DNA of 64,000 nt from assembly GCF_036321535.1 (NCBI RefSeq), contig NC_087437.1, positions 34,164,001-34,228,000 on the forward strand, given 5' to 3'. Within the stretch, counting starts at the first letter, position 1. Each line of letters starts with the position of its first letter. Origin of the DNA: Camelus dromedarius (lineage: Eukaryota). Below the pieces are notes generated by a model. The model did no database searches. It had not been told where the DNA came from and saw only the letters and a list, made by a program, of their open reading frames with translations. This document shows, piece by piece, positions 48,201-58,120 of this stretch. Both the position numbers and the translations under genes were made by a program.

Positions 48201-51200
48201 TGTGTGCTTCCCCAGAGTGAAAGCTCTTCAGTGTCCCAAGGACACCCTGCATCACACACACACATAGACACATACACACACACTATTCTCTGAACCCTCC
48301 CCCGAAAAGGGTCACTGCCTGTGGACTTGCAGGTCACGCATTCCAACCATGTGCACTCCATGCACATGTACTGTGATGTTGGGGTACCCCCTGGTGTTGT
48401 GTGTGCATGTAAGTGACAGCCCTGCCCTCTCCCTTGATGCCCAAACCACTAGTCATCCTTTATGAACAGCATTTCTCAAGGCATGGACTGAGGACATTAG
48501 AATTCCATAGGATGCCTTCTGAAAACTGTTTTTCTGGGCCCTCTGAATCAGAATCTTTGATGAATAAATGAAAAGGCGGGAAGAAAACAACAATGGTGTT
48601 ATTTGCACTTACGGATATTTAAAACCTTTCTGTATCTTCTCACTGAATCAACCCAATAAGCCTATGAAGGCCATTTTACAAATGCAAACTGAGGCTCAGA
48701 GAGGTTCATTAACTTCCTCAAGATCACACAGCTAACAAACAGAAGAGGAACACTCAACTCTAGGCCATTATGACTTCAAAGCCCCATAGCTGCCTGGTAC
48801 TGTGTCTCCCTTCACTCTCCATCACTTCACCCCCAAATCCCAAACCTGGTAGTGAAAGCAAACTGAGGAAGAAGAGCACAAAAGCAGGAGACCAACTGCT
48901 TGCTCTTTCCTTTCTCTTCTTCACCCAAGTAAGTCCAGAGCCTCCAGATTTTGAAGACCTTCTTGACTGAAGATTTTTTCTGGTAAACCATTCCCAAGTA
49001 TTTGGTATTTCCCAAGCTCCATGATTCTAGGAAAAAACATATATTCTCATTTTCAGACCTGAATCCTCTTGTTTCATAATCCTAAACTTCAGTTCAAGAG
49101 GTCAGAGAGTGGTAGTGAACCCCAAATTAGGAAATGTTTCAAGACACTAAGAAAGGCTAAAATATGGTTCCCAATGAAATGCATAAAAGAACTGGCCAAC
49201 CACTGCATCTTTTTTCTCCAGACTTGTACCTCTTTAAAATTAAAAGGCAGTCCCACCTTTCAATTTTAAAATAATTATGAGAACACGTATTCAGAGTTAG
49301 CCATTCTTATTATACAAAACATGTCTGCCAAAAATCCACTTCTGTGTTGAGACAAAAATGCATTTTTCTCTTAACTGGCCCTTTCGTATTCCCCTCTCTA
49401 CAGCTGCTTATCTTTATTTCCAGATGTGTGTACATCTGCCTAGATAGCAGAACTGCTAAAGCCCAGAAAACCTTCATGGAAAACCTTTATTTTTTCCATG
49501 TACTGAGGCTGCACGGTAGCAGGCCAGCTCTCTGTACCAAAACTCCGAACAGTTATGGGGGAAGAGGCTTTGATCCGAGGAGGGGGAGAAGTCCACCCAC
49601 AGGGCAGCCGCAGGGTTACAGCCAGGTGGAGGGAGCAACCCCAGGGGAATCACAGGGCCCTAGCTGCTTGTAGTACAGCAGAATTTGCCATCCTAAAAAT
49701 ACATCTCTTTGGCATGTTACTTTATCCTGGTTTTTTCTAAGAAACAGCAGGCAAGGGGAAAACTCTGAAAACCAAGTAGGAGTTACCCTTCTGTACCCTA
49801 CAGCATTTACATCTGTAAGGGAAATCTCCATTTGTAAGGGTGTCTGAATCTGTACTCTTATCAATGGGGAGAAGGCAGTGACTTCAATCTGCATAACAAC
49901 CTTACCACAGTTTACCCAGCTCTTCCTGGTAACCTCCCACCACTAACTCTCCCATGCTCAAAGCCTTTAGCTGAGGATGGAATTTAAGGTGAGGGCTTTG
50001 GCAACTTTGGAGAGTTACTCAAGTTTTTCTGGGTCTCTCCCATGTATACCTGTTATTAAACTTTTGTGTGATTTTCTCCTTTATTAATCTGTCTCGCATC
50101 AATTTAATTCTTACACCACTCAGAAGAACCTAGAAAGGTAGGGAAAGTTTTTCTTCCTGCCTGACACACTGCATGGATGCCAGTTCCCCACATCCTCCTC
50201 CACTCTGCTTTTTCCATGTGGTCTGTTACAAGGAAAACCACAGCCACCAAGGAGAAGAAAGCCTTCATTCCAAAGTTCACCATGTAACTTAGGGGCTGAA
50301 AATCAGTAGGGAAAGGGCATGGACACTTACTTAGTGGCAACTAAAATTCCTTACATTTTGATTGGACTCAACCAGGATGACTAAGTGTAATTTCAATGCT
50401 GCCTCATGCCTATCAGCTCCCAGGCCCCACCTGTTACAGGCCCCTCTCCCTTAGTGGGAGGAGAAAAACCCTGCATCTTGGTGCAGTAAAATCTGACCTG
50501 AGGGGTTCTTTCTCCCTCCCACCTCTCTGTACCCCAGCCAGACTGCAGCCAGGACAGGTGGATAGTAGGTGCCAGGAGGATTTCACTCAAATCTGGCTCT
50601 ATAAGTAATAATTCTCCAGGTAAAGATCTAACAATTGTTGAAGTAAAAATAAAACCACAATATAATAGTTAATATTTATTAAATATTTACTGTGTGGCTG
50701 AACTCAAGCCAAGGGCCTCATGTGCATCAGTGGGCTCACTGCAACAACCTTTTTAGCACCTGACACTGAACTAATATTATCCCCATTTCACAGATGAGGA
50801 AATAAGGCTCAGAGGCCTTGGGTAACTTATCCAAGAACCTTGTCCATCTTGGGTGGACTGCAGAACCCATTTCACAACAAAAAGCCTAAAATTCTGCCAA
50901 GCAGATAACGACAAACCTTACTTACCAGTCTCTCTTCCTAAGGTTCCTACCGTCTGTGAAGGTATTCTCAACTATAGCCTTACAGTAACTAATATGAAGT
51001 TATTAGGCATAATTAAATCCATAATGAGCCCCAAATCCTCCTTTAACTTTCCACCAGAATTAAACCAAGGAGTGTTTTACTTATTTTAGCCCCTATCAAC
51101 CTAGGAAATGGGCCAGAAGTTAAATGGGTAAAAGAAAGTAGAAACGTTTATGTCAGTCACAAACTAAGAGTTACTCTGCATACTCACGAAGTAGCTATAC

Positions 51201-54200
51201 TTCCCAGAGCATAACCTCAACGGAAGTAACACTTGCTTTAATACAGATCTCTTTTCATCAACTGAAATTACCTCATAGGTGCTGTGCTAGGCAGAGGGGA
51301 TATAAAAGTTAACATGTGACACATGAACCTTGCCTCCAAGGAAGGGGAGACAGATCAGAAAATAAACATATATGATGCAGGAAGAGCAAAGTAAAAGCAA
51401 ATATAAGCTAAAGTTCCAGCCCACAGCGGGCTGTGATGAACTGGGAAGAACAGAGCTCTTACGCTAAGAACACAGGCATGAAACTAAGGCCGGTTAAGAC
51501 ATGAAGCTAAGGCCAGCTTGCACTTTCAAAGAGTGCTACCATCCCTCAAACAGGACCTAACCGCTAGACTCAGCAAAAAATGAAACGGAAAGGAGCCTAC
51601 AAGATCTGCCAGCCTGACGCATTATTTTACAGACGGGGATATGGACTTTAGGAGAAGTCAGGTTAATAAATATCCAAGACCACACAGCAAGTTACAGAGA
51701 CAACTTTACAACTTGTCTCAGGCCTCTTGGTTTACCTACCAATTGATTCATTTGCCAAACATGAACGGGTTATGCGCTAGGCGAGAGTGAACAAAGCAAC
51801 TGGGTCTGTGCCTTTGAGCAACTGGGAAGACCGTCTTCTTGTATCTGAGACAGGAAGTGCTCCAAGAACACTTGTCTGAGATTGAGGAATTGGGGAGGGC
51901 TTCCTGGGGAAGTGACATTTAAACTGAGCCACAAAGGATAAACAGGAATGGACAAGAGAGTAAGGATGAAGGTGGGGGTGGGAGTAAGGGGTGGTACACA
52001 GCTCTGTATGAGACAGGAAGGAGTTGGTCAAGGTCCAGAAACGGAAGAAAAGTAAGTGTGGTCAAGGAAAGAGAGGCAGGAGATGAAGAGAGACGGGGGG
52101 GGGGGGGGTGGAGAAACTTTCACTCTGTAACCAAAATGACGGCAATCCTGGGACACTGAGTGGCGATCACTCAGTTCGCTGAGTAGTCTCTGTATTTCCA
52201 CTTTAGGAGAAATCTGAAGCTTGAGAGCCCAGGAGGAAGTCAACAATGCAGGGTCCCAGAATCTGCTGTCTTCAACTTCTTACACGGGGACTGCCTGACC
52301 CTGTGCCACAGGTCGGACACTGGCTGCATGGAGTCCAAAAGGCCCAAGCATCTTCCTAAAGAGAATCTCAGGGCCCCAGGTCACAAAAGCCAGACCAAGA
52401 ATTCCAAGAAGTCCTGGTGCTGAATGACAAAACTCCCTCAGGGAACTAGGTAACTTTAAAGCACACTCCAAGGAAACTGCCTTCATTCAGAATCAAGCTC
52501 TGAAAGCCAACAAACAACACAGCCCCTTTCAGACCGGCTGGGACAGAAGGACTTCAGGCCCTGGGGAGGATCAGGGACTCTGCAAGGTGAAGAGGGGTGT
52601 AAACAGGTGGTGGGGTAGGACAGATGTGGGCACCATGAGTGCCAGTGTCAGTGCCCCCAGAGGACACTTCCCAAGCCAGGCTGGTTTCTTTTGTTCTAAG
52701 CATCCCAAAGAACACCACCTGCAGTCAGCTTGCCCGGGACGGAAGCCATCCCACCGCTTTTTTTTCTTCTGTGTTCAGGTCCCTGAATGAGAGCACCATC
52801 TCCTATGCTTCAGAAACACTTAGTGCCAACAAAGATAAAAAATGCACAAGCCCGGCTCTCCAGCTGACTCCTTCAGCTGGCCTCTCAGTTCCTTTTTTCA
52901 GTTACACCATTAATTAAAAAAAAAAAAAAAGGTGAAACAGGTAGGTCTTTGGGTACCAAAAGGCCAAAGAATTCACTGCATCATTATGTGTAATAGGCAA
53001 AACCTGGAAACAATTACTGTGCTCATCAAAAGGAGAATGGGTGAATAAAAGGTGACATAGTCATATAATGGAACCCTGTGGGCCATGAGAATGAAAAACT
53101 GCTCACACGCAAGCACGAGGGCTAACCTCACAAACATAATGGGATGATAATCTCACAAGCATAACGGCACAAGAGAAGACAGACACAAAAGGGTATATGC
53201 TGTATGATTCTATTTTTATTAAGTTTACAAACAAGGAAAACCAACTTCTGGTTCCTTTGGGGAAGACAGACATGACAGTAAGAGGACTACGAGGGGGCTT
53301 CTGGTTGACCTGGGTCGGGGTTACACAGATGTGCTCACTTTGTACTAATTCATCAAGCTGTATACTTAAGATGCTAAGTTTTCGGTACGACTGAATAGAC
53401 ATACAAAAGAAGGGTTTTCAGCATCTTGGAAAGGAAAAGTATCCAGGGCCTTAGCTTTGCAGCCCATGGATGGGACTGGAGAATGACCCTCGGGGGTAGG
53501 GGGCAAGGTGAAGAGGTGACCACATTGGGGGCTATGGCCCAAAAGGCAGCTGTGGGGTGGCAGGGATTAGGGGGAACAGTTTCAAGGTTTACTCCCTCCT
53601 TCTTCCTTGTAACTAACGGCCAATGAAACCTCTGTATGATGTACTCCAGAGGAAAGTGGGGTCAAGAGGGAAAAGGGCTGGAACTAAACTGGTTTAAGGG
53701 AGAAAGGAGGCAGCTGGAATACTTCCAGCAGTGAGGGGAGGAGAAGGAGAGGAAGAAGAGGAAGAAGGGGGACAAGAAAGCAATCGGAAATGCCCAGGGT
53801 GGACAAGAAGGAGAGCTGGCCTGGGGTGGGGATGGTGGGTGGGGGAGGTGAGAATTCCCATGACAGCCCAGTAGAAGGGATCTCTTCTCTACTCCCCTCC
53901 GAGTGAGCAATGTCAGATATACATCCAGGTTCATGGTTTTATTGCACTTCTCTGCTGTGCTTTGTTTATAAGCCTGTCACCCCTGGGAACTAAAGGAATA
54001 AGAGGACTGTGAGTGAGTGTGAGTGAGTGTGTGTGAGTGTGTGTGTGTGTGTGCACTCGCGCACCTGCAGCCAAGGATTCCACATTCCCAGCATCTACGC
54101 ACTGTTTGCAAGGAGAAAAGAATGTTCATTGGACAAATAAATGACAGAAAGAATGTGATAATTAGATATAAGTTAGAGACTTCCTCAGTACTTAAAAACC

Positions 54201-56287
54201 TGTAGTAACAGCTTAAATGGCCAAAAATGTGGGAATGGCTAAGTATCAAGAGTGTCATACTGAGCAGCTACTAGAAATCACAAGCAACAGTAGCAAACAT
54301 CCGTAGGGTGCTTTACAATTTACTGAGAATTGCACCTCCTTTGTTGTTTGACACAAAATGCTATGGACTTTGTTGCCACACTGAAATGTGTAAATGACAC
54401 ATTAGCAACAAGCTCTCTGAAGAGGCCAGAAAGATCTGGGATGGTGGACTAACGAGTTTTCGCGGGGTGAGGAGGGGCCATATCTTAGAGTAATACTAGG
54501 AAGGCTGGTAGTTCTGGGGACAGGGGGCGGGGCAGCTGAGTTTAGTTAGCTCTGTCTATATAAATAACTGCTAATTTCACACACTATATTTCAATTCACT
54601 TCCTCTTTTTTGTTGTTGTTTGTTTTGAAGAACAAAACTTAACTTTAGCCATAATTTGATTCGAAGTTCTCTTTAACAGTCATTTGCAAGTGTTGCTGTT
54701 AAGTGACCATCTCTAAAGAAATGTTTTTGATATTCCATGGTGGGGGGTCCTAGTGTGGTTTTATTCATGCTCTAACTTCAAGAAATTAAACCGCAAAACG
54801 TATCTGCAACAGACTTTCCTAGGCTGTCTTCCTGACTGCAACAGTGCTTTAAAGAATAGACAAGAAAAAACTCAAAAAGACAAAACAAACAAAAACCCTT
54901 CTTCTTCCCTGAGAGAAGCTGAGCCTAATGTTCAATGATTCACGAAAAAAAATTATGAACTTTTTAACCCTCGGCATTCTCTTCTTCCCCTAGTTGTTAC
55001 TGTGGAAAATTTATTTTGCAGTTACTGTCCCATAAGTAAGTTCTCTGCTGAGTCTCAAATCTTTGCTGAGCGTTTCCGCACTGTTCTGGGTGGACTTCCT
55101 GCAAGCACCTACCGCAATGAGAGGATTACCTAAAGGATGTATTTCACAATCTATCACGTGTCTTCGGCTGAAATATTATATCCAATGCTAAAAGCCTACT
55201 TTTGCAGATGACAGTGGGGACCTCTGGAAAACTCGTTAGAGCATCCCCAAACCAGCTCTTAAAAGACATACCCACGTAAAAAGTAGCTGTTTTTAAAAGT
55301 CTGTGGGGCGCTGAAGACAGAGGCAATGGCTGCCGTTACAGTAATAGCAGAAACCCTCCAAGCAATGTTTATCTCGTGAGCAACCCCTTAGGGGAGTAGA
55401 GTGGCTGACCAGCGGGCAGCGGGGGAGGGCTCCACACATGGCCAAAGAGGGGAAATAATCCTGCTCTCAACACAGCCTGAGAGCAGAGGGGCCAAAGCGC
55501 CCATGGTGTTCAGAGAAACCTCCCAAATCCTCCAGGTGCGGAGGACGCAGACGCTCCAGAGGGCTGAAGCTGGAGGGCTGGGGGCAGACGAGGACAGCAG
55601 AAGACGGGCCTTGGGGGCAGGGAGTCAACCGAGGAGGCGGAAACAGCGCCAGTCCATTTGCGGAAAGCAAAGCGGGAGCCGCAGGGCGACCTGCCCTCCT
55701 CCACACCCACCCGCCGCCCGCAGCTGCTTCCTGGAGGATGTGGGCCCACCTGCAGCCGCCGCCGCGCTGCCCGGGAGCAGCGGCAGGGAGGCGGTGGCGG
55801 CAGGGGGCAGCAGCACCGCCCGTAGCCCCGCCTCCGGGCCGGGCGCGCGGGGCCTCCAAGCTGCGCGCCGCCGCCTCCCGCGCCAGCACCTGCGCGCGAC
55901 CCCGGTGCCACCTACCCAACCCAAGTGCAGCCGCCTGGGCCCCGTCCCCGCCCCGGGTAGGGGGTCGGAGTCAGGGATGGCGGGCGCGTCTCCTCCCAGG
56001 CTCCGTGCTCGCGCGGGGCAGGCGCCGCCGCGGAAGGGCGCTTTGTTTGTGCGGCCAGAGCGGGGATGCCAGGGCGGGAGTGGAGCCCTCGCCCCACCCA
56101 AGAAAGGGCAAAGCAGAGCCCTCGGTGGAGGGTGCTGAAGGGGGCAAAGCCCTTTCCCCAGGCGGCGATGCTGGGTCCAGCTGGCCCACCCCCACCCCCA
56201 CTCTGCCCTTTCTCTTTCCGAACCCCCCGGCCCCCAGCCCGGCGGCTGGGCTCACCTGCTCTCCGCGACCCCCGCGCCTCCGCTCAT
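24272..56287 (-). CDS. Uncharacterised FIIND (ZU5-UPA) plus death domain protein, NLRP1/CARD8-related. 18 predicted exons: 56287-56256, 46693-46662, 44336-44292, 41179-41138, 40805-40776, 40059-40036, 37636-37592, 37221-37174, 37019-36973, 36877-36828, 36553-36336, 36220-35970, 33952-33818, 31025-30887, 29580-29527, 29279-29199, 26274-26002, 24291-24272; 1566 nt, 521 aa
   Basis: All introns are GT-AG and their phases chain without a frameshift or stop. FIIND motifs TGLIF, WVVGGPLFDV, FPH, LHVK, SSL/SPVG, FRVY, KPP and IVW are colinear with NLRP1/CARD8. The C-terminal exon has a death-domain signature (LAEKLGQEW...FRMLKKWQEK...ATAQNLCNCL). The N-terminal micro-exon set is less certain than the domain exons. 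Confidence 0.88.
25615..25755 (+). mobile_element. Short L1 3' tail with 18-bp TSD (aaagaatttgcttagtca at 25597-25614 and 25756-25773), inserted in a MIR
   Basis: Direct repeats, poly-A and L1 3'UTR text. Confidence 0.85.
26002..26274 (-). CDS. FIIND-DD gene exon 17, death domain
   Basis: DGAKTKALLTDTQLISLAEKLGQEWVKIAIANLKLKISDIDAIMEKKEDVTMNKFRMLKKWQEKEQSNATAQNLCNCLKNVDSVEVQDVLR; gtttag| and |gtaagc; classic DD pattern (LG..W, I..I, ML..W, AT...L...L). Confidence 0.93.
27335..27672 (-). mobile_element. L1 3' tail plus tRNA-derived SINE
   Basis: Reverse L1 tail (27340-27490) and reverse SINE (27510-27670); gagagttgaccatatttt / gagagctgaccatatttt flank the composite. Confidence 0.85.
27978..28252 (+). 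mobile_element. Old L1 (L1MA/MB/MC-like) 3'UTR fragment
   Basis: agttataaatgagtaagtcctgaagatctaatctatagcacagtgact...tgtcaattatatctcaataaa. Confidence 0.75.
29199..29279 (-). CDS. FIIND-DD gene exon 16, basic linker (GNRRRKMSSSLPDEVVYDKRMKQIDTS)
   Basis: gttttaaag|GTAAC...TTCAG|gtttgt; 81 nt, phase 1-1. Confidence 0.8.
29527..29580 (-). CDS. FIIND-DD gene exon 15 (CDWIQQDRNRNISKSSTS)
   Basis: tttcacag|GTGAC...AAGTG|gtgagt; 54 nt, phase 1-1. Confidence 0.85.
30887..31025 (-). CDS. FIIND-DD gene exon 14, UPA
   Basis: EIEFVDGSLLKLKSYIEVYLEQPVEFKLLLVEMDSEEIVWKAKLRE; poly-T aaag| and |gtgagt; compare NLRP1 ETLVWEALVK. Confidence 0.92.
32083..32174 (+). mobile_element. tRNA-derived SINE with ctgtgacttact TSD
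   Basis: Head, poly-A and flanking direct repeat. Confidence 0.9.
32553..32735. mobile_element. MER5A-like DNA transposon remnant
   Basis: agtggttctttaacttggc...cacctgggagcttt...aagctccccaggggattcc...agaatcactgctcta; similar copies at ~42720-42905, ~56963-57125 and ~62350-62685. Confidence 0.7.
33818..33952 (-). CDS. FIIND-DD gene exon 13, UPA
   Basis: DISKSIKHSSKKFMKVDKPPVCLKLLQNGKKYRLISEPEAEITPE; cctttag| and |gtagag; 135 nt, phase 0-0; compare NLRP1 FVRIHKPPP...YTVS...EILP. Confidence 0.92.
35970..36220 (-). CDS. FIIND-DD gene exon 12, ZU5/UPA junction with predicted autoproteolysis site
   Basis: HCDTNMMFKVLHVKSTGASLEYTVDHSATHVKWRVSSL/SPVGPVIQSEETVFHHGAVILYKAIDHNPSLSFRVYIATNNESFIK; ttcacag| and |gtaaag. 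Confidence 0.93.
36336..36553 (-). CDS. FIIND-DD gene exon 11, ZU5 subdomain
   Basis: LLKVDTEGIYQCTETGLIFEVNRKVDIKYCVLSWSKYADLVVKPWVVGGPLFDVKCDPTCLTSIQFPHSLCLG; tgcag| and |gtaagt; resembles CARD8 WLVGGPLFDV...HLPH. Confidence 0.93.
36828..36877 (-). CDS. FIIND-DD gene exon 10 (KHNEPVTPRLLSRGQF), start of FIIND
   Basis: gctttttctccag|AAACAC...TTTTT|gtaagt; phase 0 to 2. Confidence 0.85.
36973..37019 (-). CDS. FIIND-DD gene exon 9 (EFNKIQSHCEHCKAEN)
   Basis: ttctctgtcatttag|AATTT...GAAAAT|gtaagt; phase 1 to 0. Confidence 0.82.
37174..37221 (-). CDS. FIIND-DD gene exon 8 (VEEWEDKGLPTDHFNS)
   Basis: tatctttcacag|TTGAA...TTCAG|gtatga; 48 nt, phase 1-1. Confidence 0.78.
37592..37636 (-). CDS. 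FIIND-DD gene exon 7 (DGELGESSTEEASTQ)
   Basis: cttcttgtcttcacag|ATGGG...TCAGG|gtaaga; 45 nt, phase 1-1. Confidence 0.75.
40036..40059 (-). CDS. FIIND-DD gene exon 6 (ISQWGTRE)
   Basis: ttctctgcag|TTTCC...GGAAG|gtaatt; 24 nt, phase 1-1. Confidence 0.6.
40776..40805 (-). CDS. FIIND-DD gene exon 5 (DNEEPKPKQT)
   Basis: poly-T gtag|ATAAT...ACAA|gtgagt; 30 nt, phase 1-1. Confidence 0.68.
41138..41179 (-). CDS. FIIND-DD gene exon 4 (GEDSSSESSSESES)
   Basis: ctcttttttag|GCGAG...GAATCAG|gtgagt; 42 nt, phase 1-1. Confidence 0.78.
43455..43750 (-). mobile_element. L1 ORF2-end fragment
   Basis: gctgggtcaaatggtaacta..., ttctccacatcct..cagcacttg, ttggccatttgtacatcttct. Confidence 0.75.
44292..44336 (-). 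CDS. FIIND-DD gene exon 3 (DCPSPNLDTSEDSKS)
   Basis: tttctcaaaatttag|ATTGC...AAATCAG|gtaagg; 45 nt, phase 1-1. Confidence 0.72.
46662..46693 (-). CDS. FIIND-DD gene exon 2 (SDDHSASSEEK)
   Basis: ttctgttcttgttctag|TGATGAT...GAAAAAG|gtatgg; phase 2 to 1. Confidence 0.7.
46850..47250. promoter_or_regulatory. Small intronic CpG-rich island, possible alternative promoter or first exon
   Basis: CpG-dense patch just upstream of exon 2, with a strong minus-strand donor TTG|gtaagt at 46893/46892. Confidence 0.4.
47330..48260 (+). mobile_element. L2 fragment
   Basis: Pyrimidine-rich L2-type text (aaacctgctcctcct, tctcaaacctgtcccctcctcc). Confidence 0.55.
49520..50160 (+). mobile_element. ERV-type solo LTR (family not assigned) in intron 1 of the FIIND-DD gene
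   Basis: LTR-like layout with R/U5-type ending: ttattaaacttttgtgtgattttctcc...aagtttttcttcc. Confidence 0.55.
52945..53410 (+). mobile_element. Old L1ME-like 3' fragment
   Basis: aaaacctggaaacaa...agaatgggtgaataaa..., gtatgattctatttttat. Confidence 0.65.
54008..54053. repeat. (TG/TGAG)n compound microsatellite
   Basis: Read directly. Confidence 0.9.
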
Positions 56288-56670
56288 CGTCGCCCGGTGG
56301 CTGGGAGGGGGCGCCAAACGCGCCCGGAGATCGGCGCTTGGCTCGCGCCTGGGCGCCTGCAGGAGGGGTTCGCGTGCAGAGCGCTGCCCCGCGCACCCGG
56401 AGGCGATCGACGCTGCCGGGGGGGAGGGAAGAGGGCGACTAAGAGCCACCGGGGGAGGGGACTGGGCGGGAGGGGGTGCCGGGCGCGCTGCTGCAGCGGC
56501 TGCCGGAGGCGTTCAGGACTCCCTAACGGAAACGCACGCTCGCCCGCGGCCCCGCGCGTGCACGCTGGCGTGTACACTAGCGTGCACACTGGCACACGTG
56601 CGCACAGCGGCCGCTTGGTGGTTGTTTACCGCCCTGCGGGAACTAGGTTTGGTGACATTAACGCCGAGGC
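55600..56670 (-). promoter_or_regulatory. CpG island, promoter and first exon of the FIIND-DD gene
   Basis: About 1 kb of very GC/CpG-rich sequence around the predicted start ATG and donor; E-box CACGTG at 56595-56600; GC boxes. Confidence 0.8.
56256..56287 (-). CDS. FIIND-DD gene exon 1 coding part (MSGGAGVAES)
   Basis: Minus strand gggcgacgATGAGC...GAGAGCAG|gtgagc, inside a CpG island, with A at -3. The phase-2 donor matches the exon 2 acceptor. Confidence 0.7.
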
Positions 56671-57649
56671 TTCTGTGAAAGAGAAGGGCCAGAGCCATTC
56701 TGGAGGGGACACGGAGAGCTCATGTCACCCTGATTGGGATTGGATCCTTCTGTATCTGGGGATTTTTCACGAGGCCCTCCTTAGCCCCGCCCCCGCGCAA
56801 GGAATTCCCAGATTCGCTTCTTAGGATCTATCAGCTCCCTGAAATTCTCTTCCAAATTTTGCATCTACATACAAATATCTGGAATGAGGGACCACAGCTT
56901 TCAAATGATTAGACAGCTGTGTGACACCCCCACCCCAAACTGTAAGGATGGATGTACTAAACCAGTGGTTCCCAAACTTTGCTGCATATTAAATCACCCA
57001 GGGAGTTTTTCAAATCTCCATGCCCTGAGTGGCATCCCAGACCGATTAACTTAGTACAATGGGATTCAGTATTTTTAAAGATCCCAGGTGATTCCAATAT
57101 TCAAGAAAGTTTGAGAGCCACTGCTTAGACTATTGGTGGCCCACATTGTATAGTTTTCTTTCACCCAGTTTTTCAACTTGATTGCTTGTCTGTCTTTTCC
57201 ATGAGGTGGTGGATGTCACACAGCATCTAGCCCAGATCTAGCTCACAGTAGGTGCTCAGTATGCATTTACTGCAGGAAGGAGGCAAAGGCAGAGTCCAGA
57301 ATGTGTCCTCTAACTTGCAGCCCCCCGTTTGCTCTTTCTGAAATACTCCACAGGCTGAAAAACCCTTGACCTCAGGGCGATGGCTTCCTGTATGCCTGAT
57401 GCTGCAGAAGAAAATGGATCATTGCAGCTTGAAAGGGTATCTGTCTTTTAGATGCTTCCAGATGTCTCCGCCCGAGAATTCCCCTACCTGCCTCACTATG
57501 ACTCAAAGGACCAGCACTTGGCAGTGTGGGTGACTACAATAAAAGTCACAACCCCATGGATGGCACACCCCTGAGTCCAAGACTATGATAAGATACTTTA
57601 TATTCAGGGAAGGACTGGCCTGGTACAATCACTGGGCCTCAATATTCTT

Positions 57650-58120
57650 CTGTTGAACATAAACACAAATAACTTCACAGAATATCATCAGAAAAGGCCC
57701 CTCTGTGACCACAATGGATGAAGACAAAAACAAGACTACTCCTGAATCATGTCTGAACACAGACAAAACATGAACATTGTCCAAGCCACGATGGACACAC
57801 AGCTATCCTGGCCAATTAGAGTGACCACTGCCTTAGCCTCTCTCTAGTCTGCCCTTCTATGGATAAGATTTATGAAGATGCACATTCATAGAATTACCCC
57901 TGCCTTCCTATGCCTTCCCCCAATCAACTAACAAAACCCCAAATCCTTTCATAATATCCCGCAATCAACTAACAAAACCCCAAATCCTTTCTTAATATCC
58001 TCTGATACCTTCTCACTGACACACCCCCAGGATTTACCATGATGTGCATTTCCCTCACTCCAATGAGCAATAAAGTCAACTTGTTTAACTATAGGTGTAT
58101 TCCGAGTGTTCTTTGGCAAG
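57650..58120 (+). mobile_element. ERV1-like solo LTR upstream of the FIIND-DD promoter, with an internal ~41-bp tandem duplication (57921-58001)
   Basis: LTR-type text ending gcaataaagtcaacttgtttaactataggtgt...tttggca; caatcaactaacaaaaccccaaatcctttc occurs twice. Confidence 0.6.

Noticed and set aside
50926..50953. Possible extra 28-nt exon (cacag|ACGG...GACTG|gtaagt) in intron 1
   Set aside because: Good splice sites, but it would shift the frame between exons 1 and 2 and I found no compensating exon. It may be a cryptic or NMD exon.
24272..56287. Naming the minus-strand gene CARD8, NLRP1, PIDD1 or UNC5CL
   Set aside because: No CARD, NACHT, LRR, second ZU5 or transmembrane segment was found, and the sequence is only distantly similar. 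No symbol was assigned.
55401..56824. Several long overlapping ORFs (234-252 aa) in the CpG island
   Set aside because: Arg/Gly/Pro/Ala-rich translations on both strands are expected from stop-poor GC-rich DNA. Only the 32-nt ATG-to-donor segment fits the gene model.
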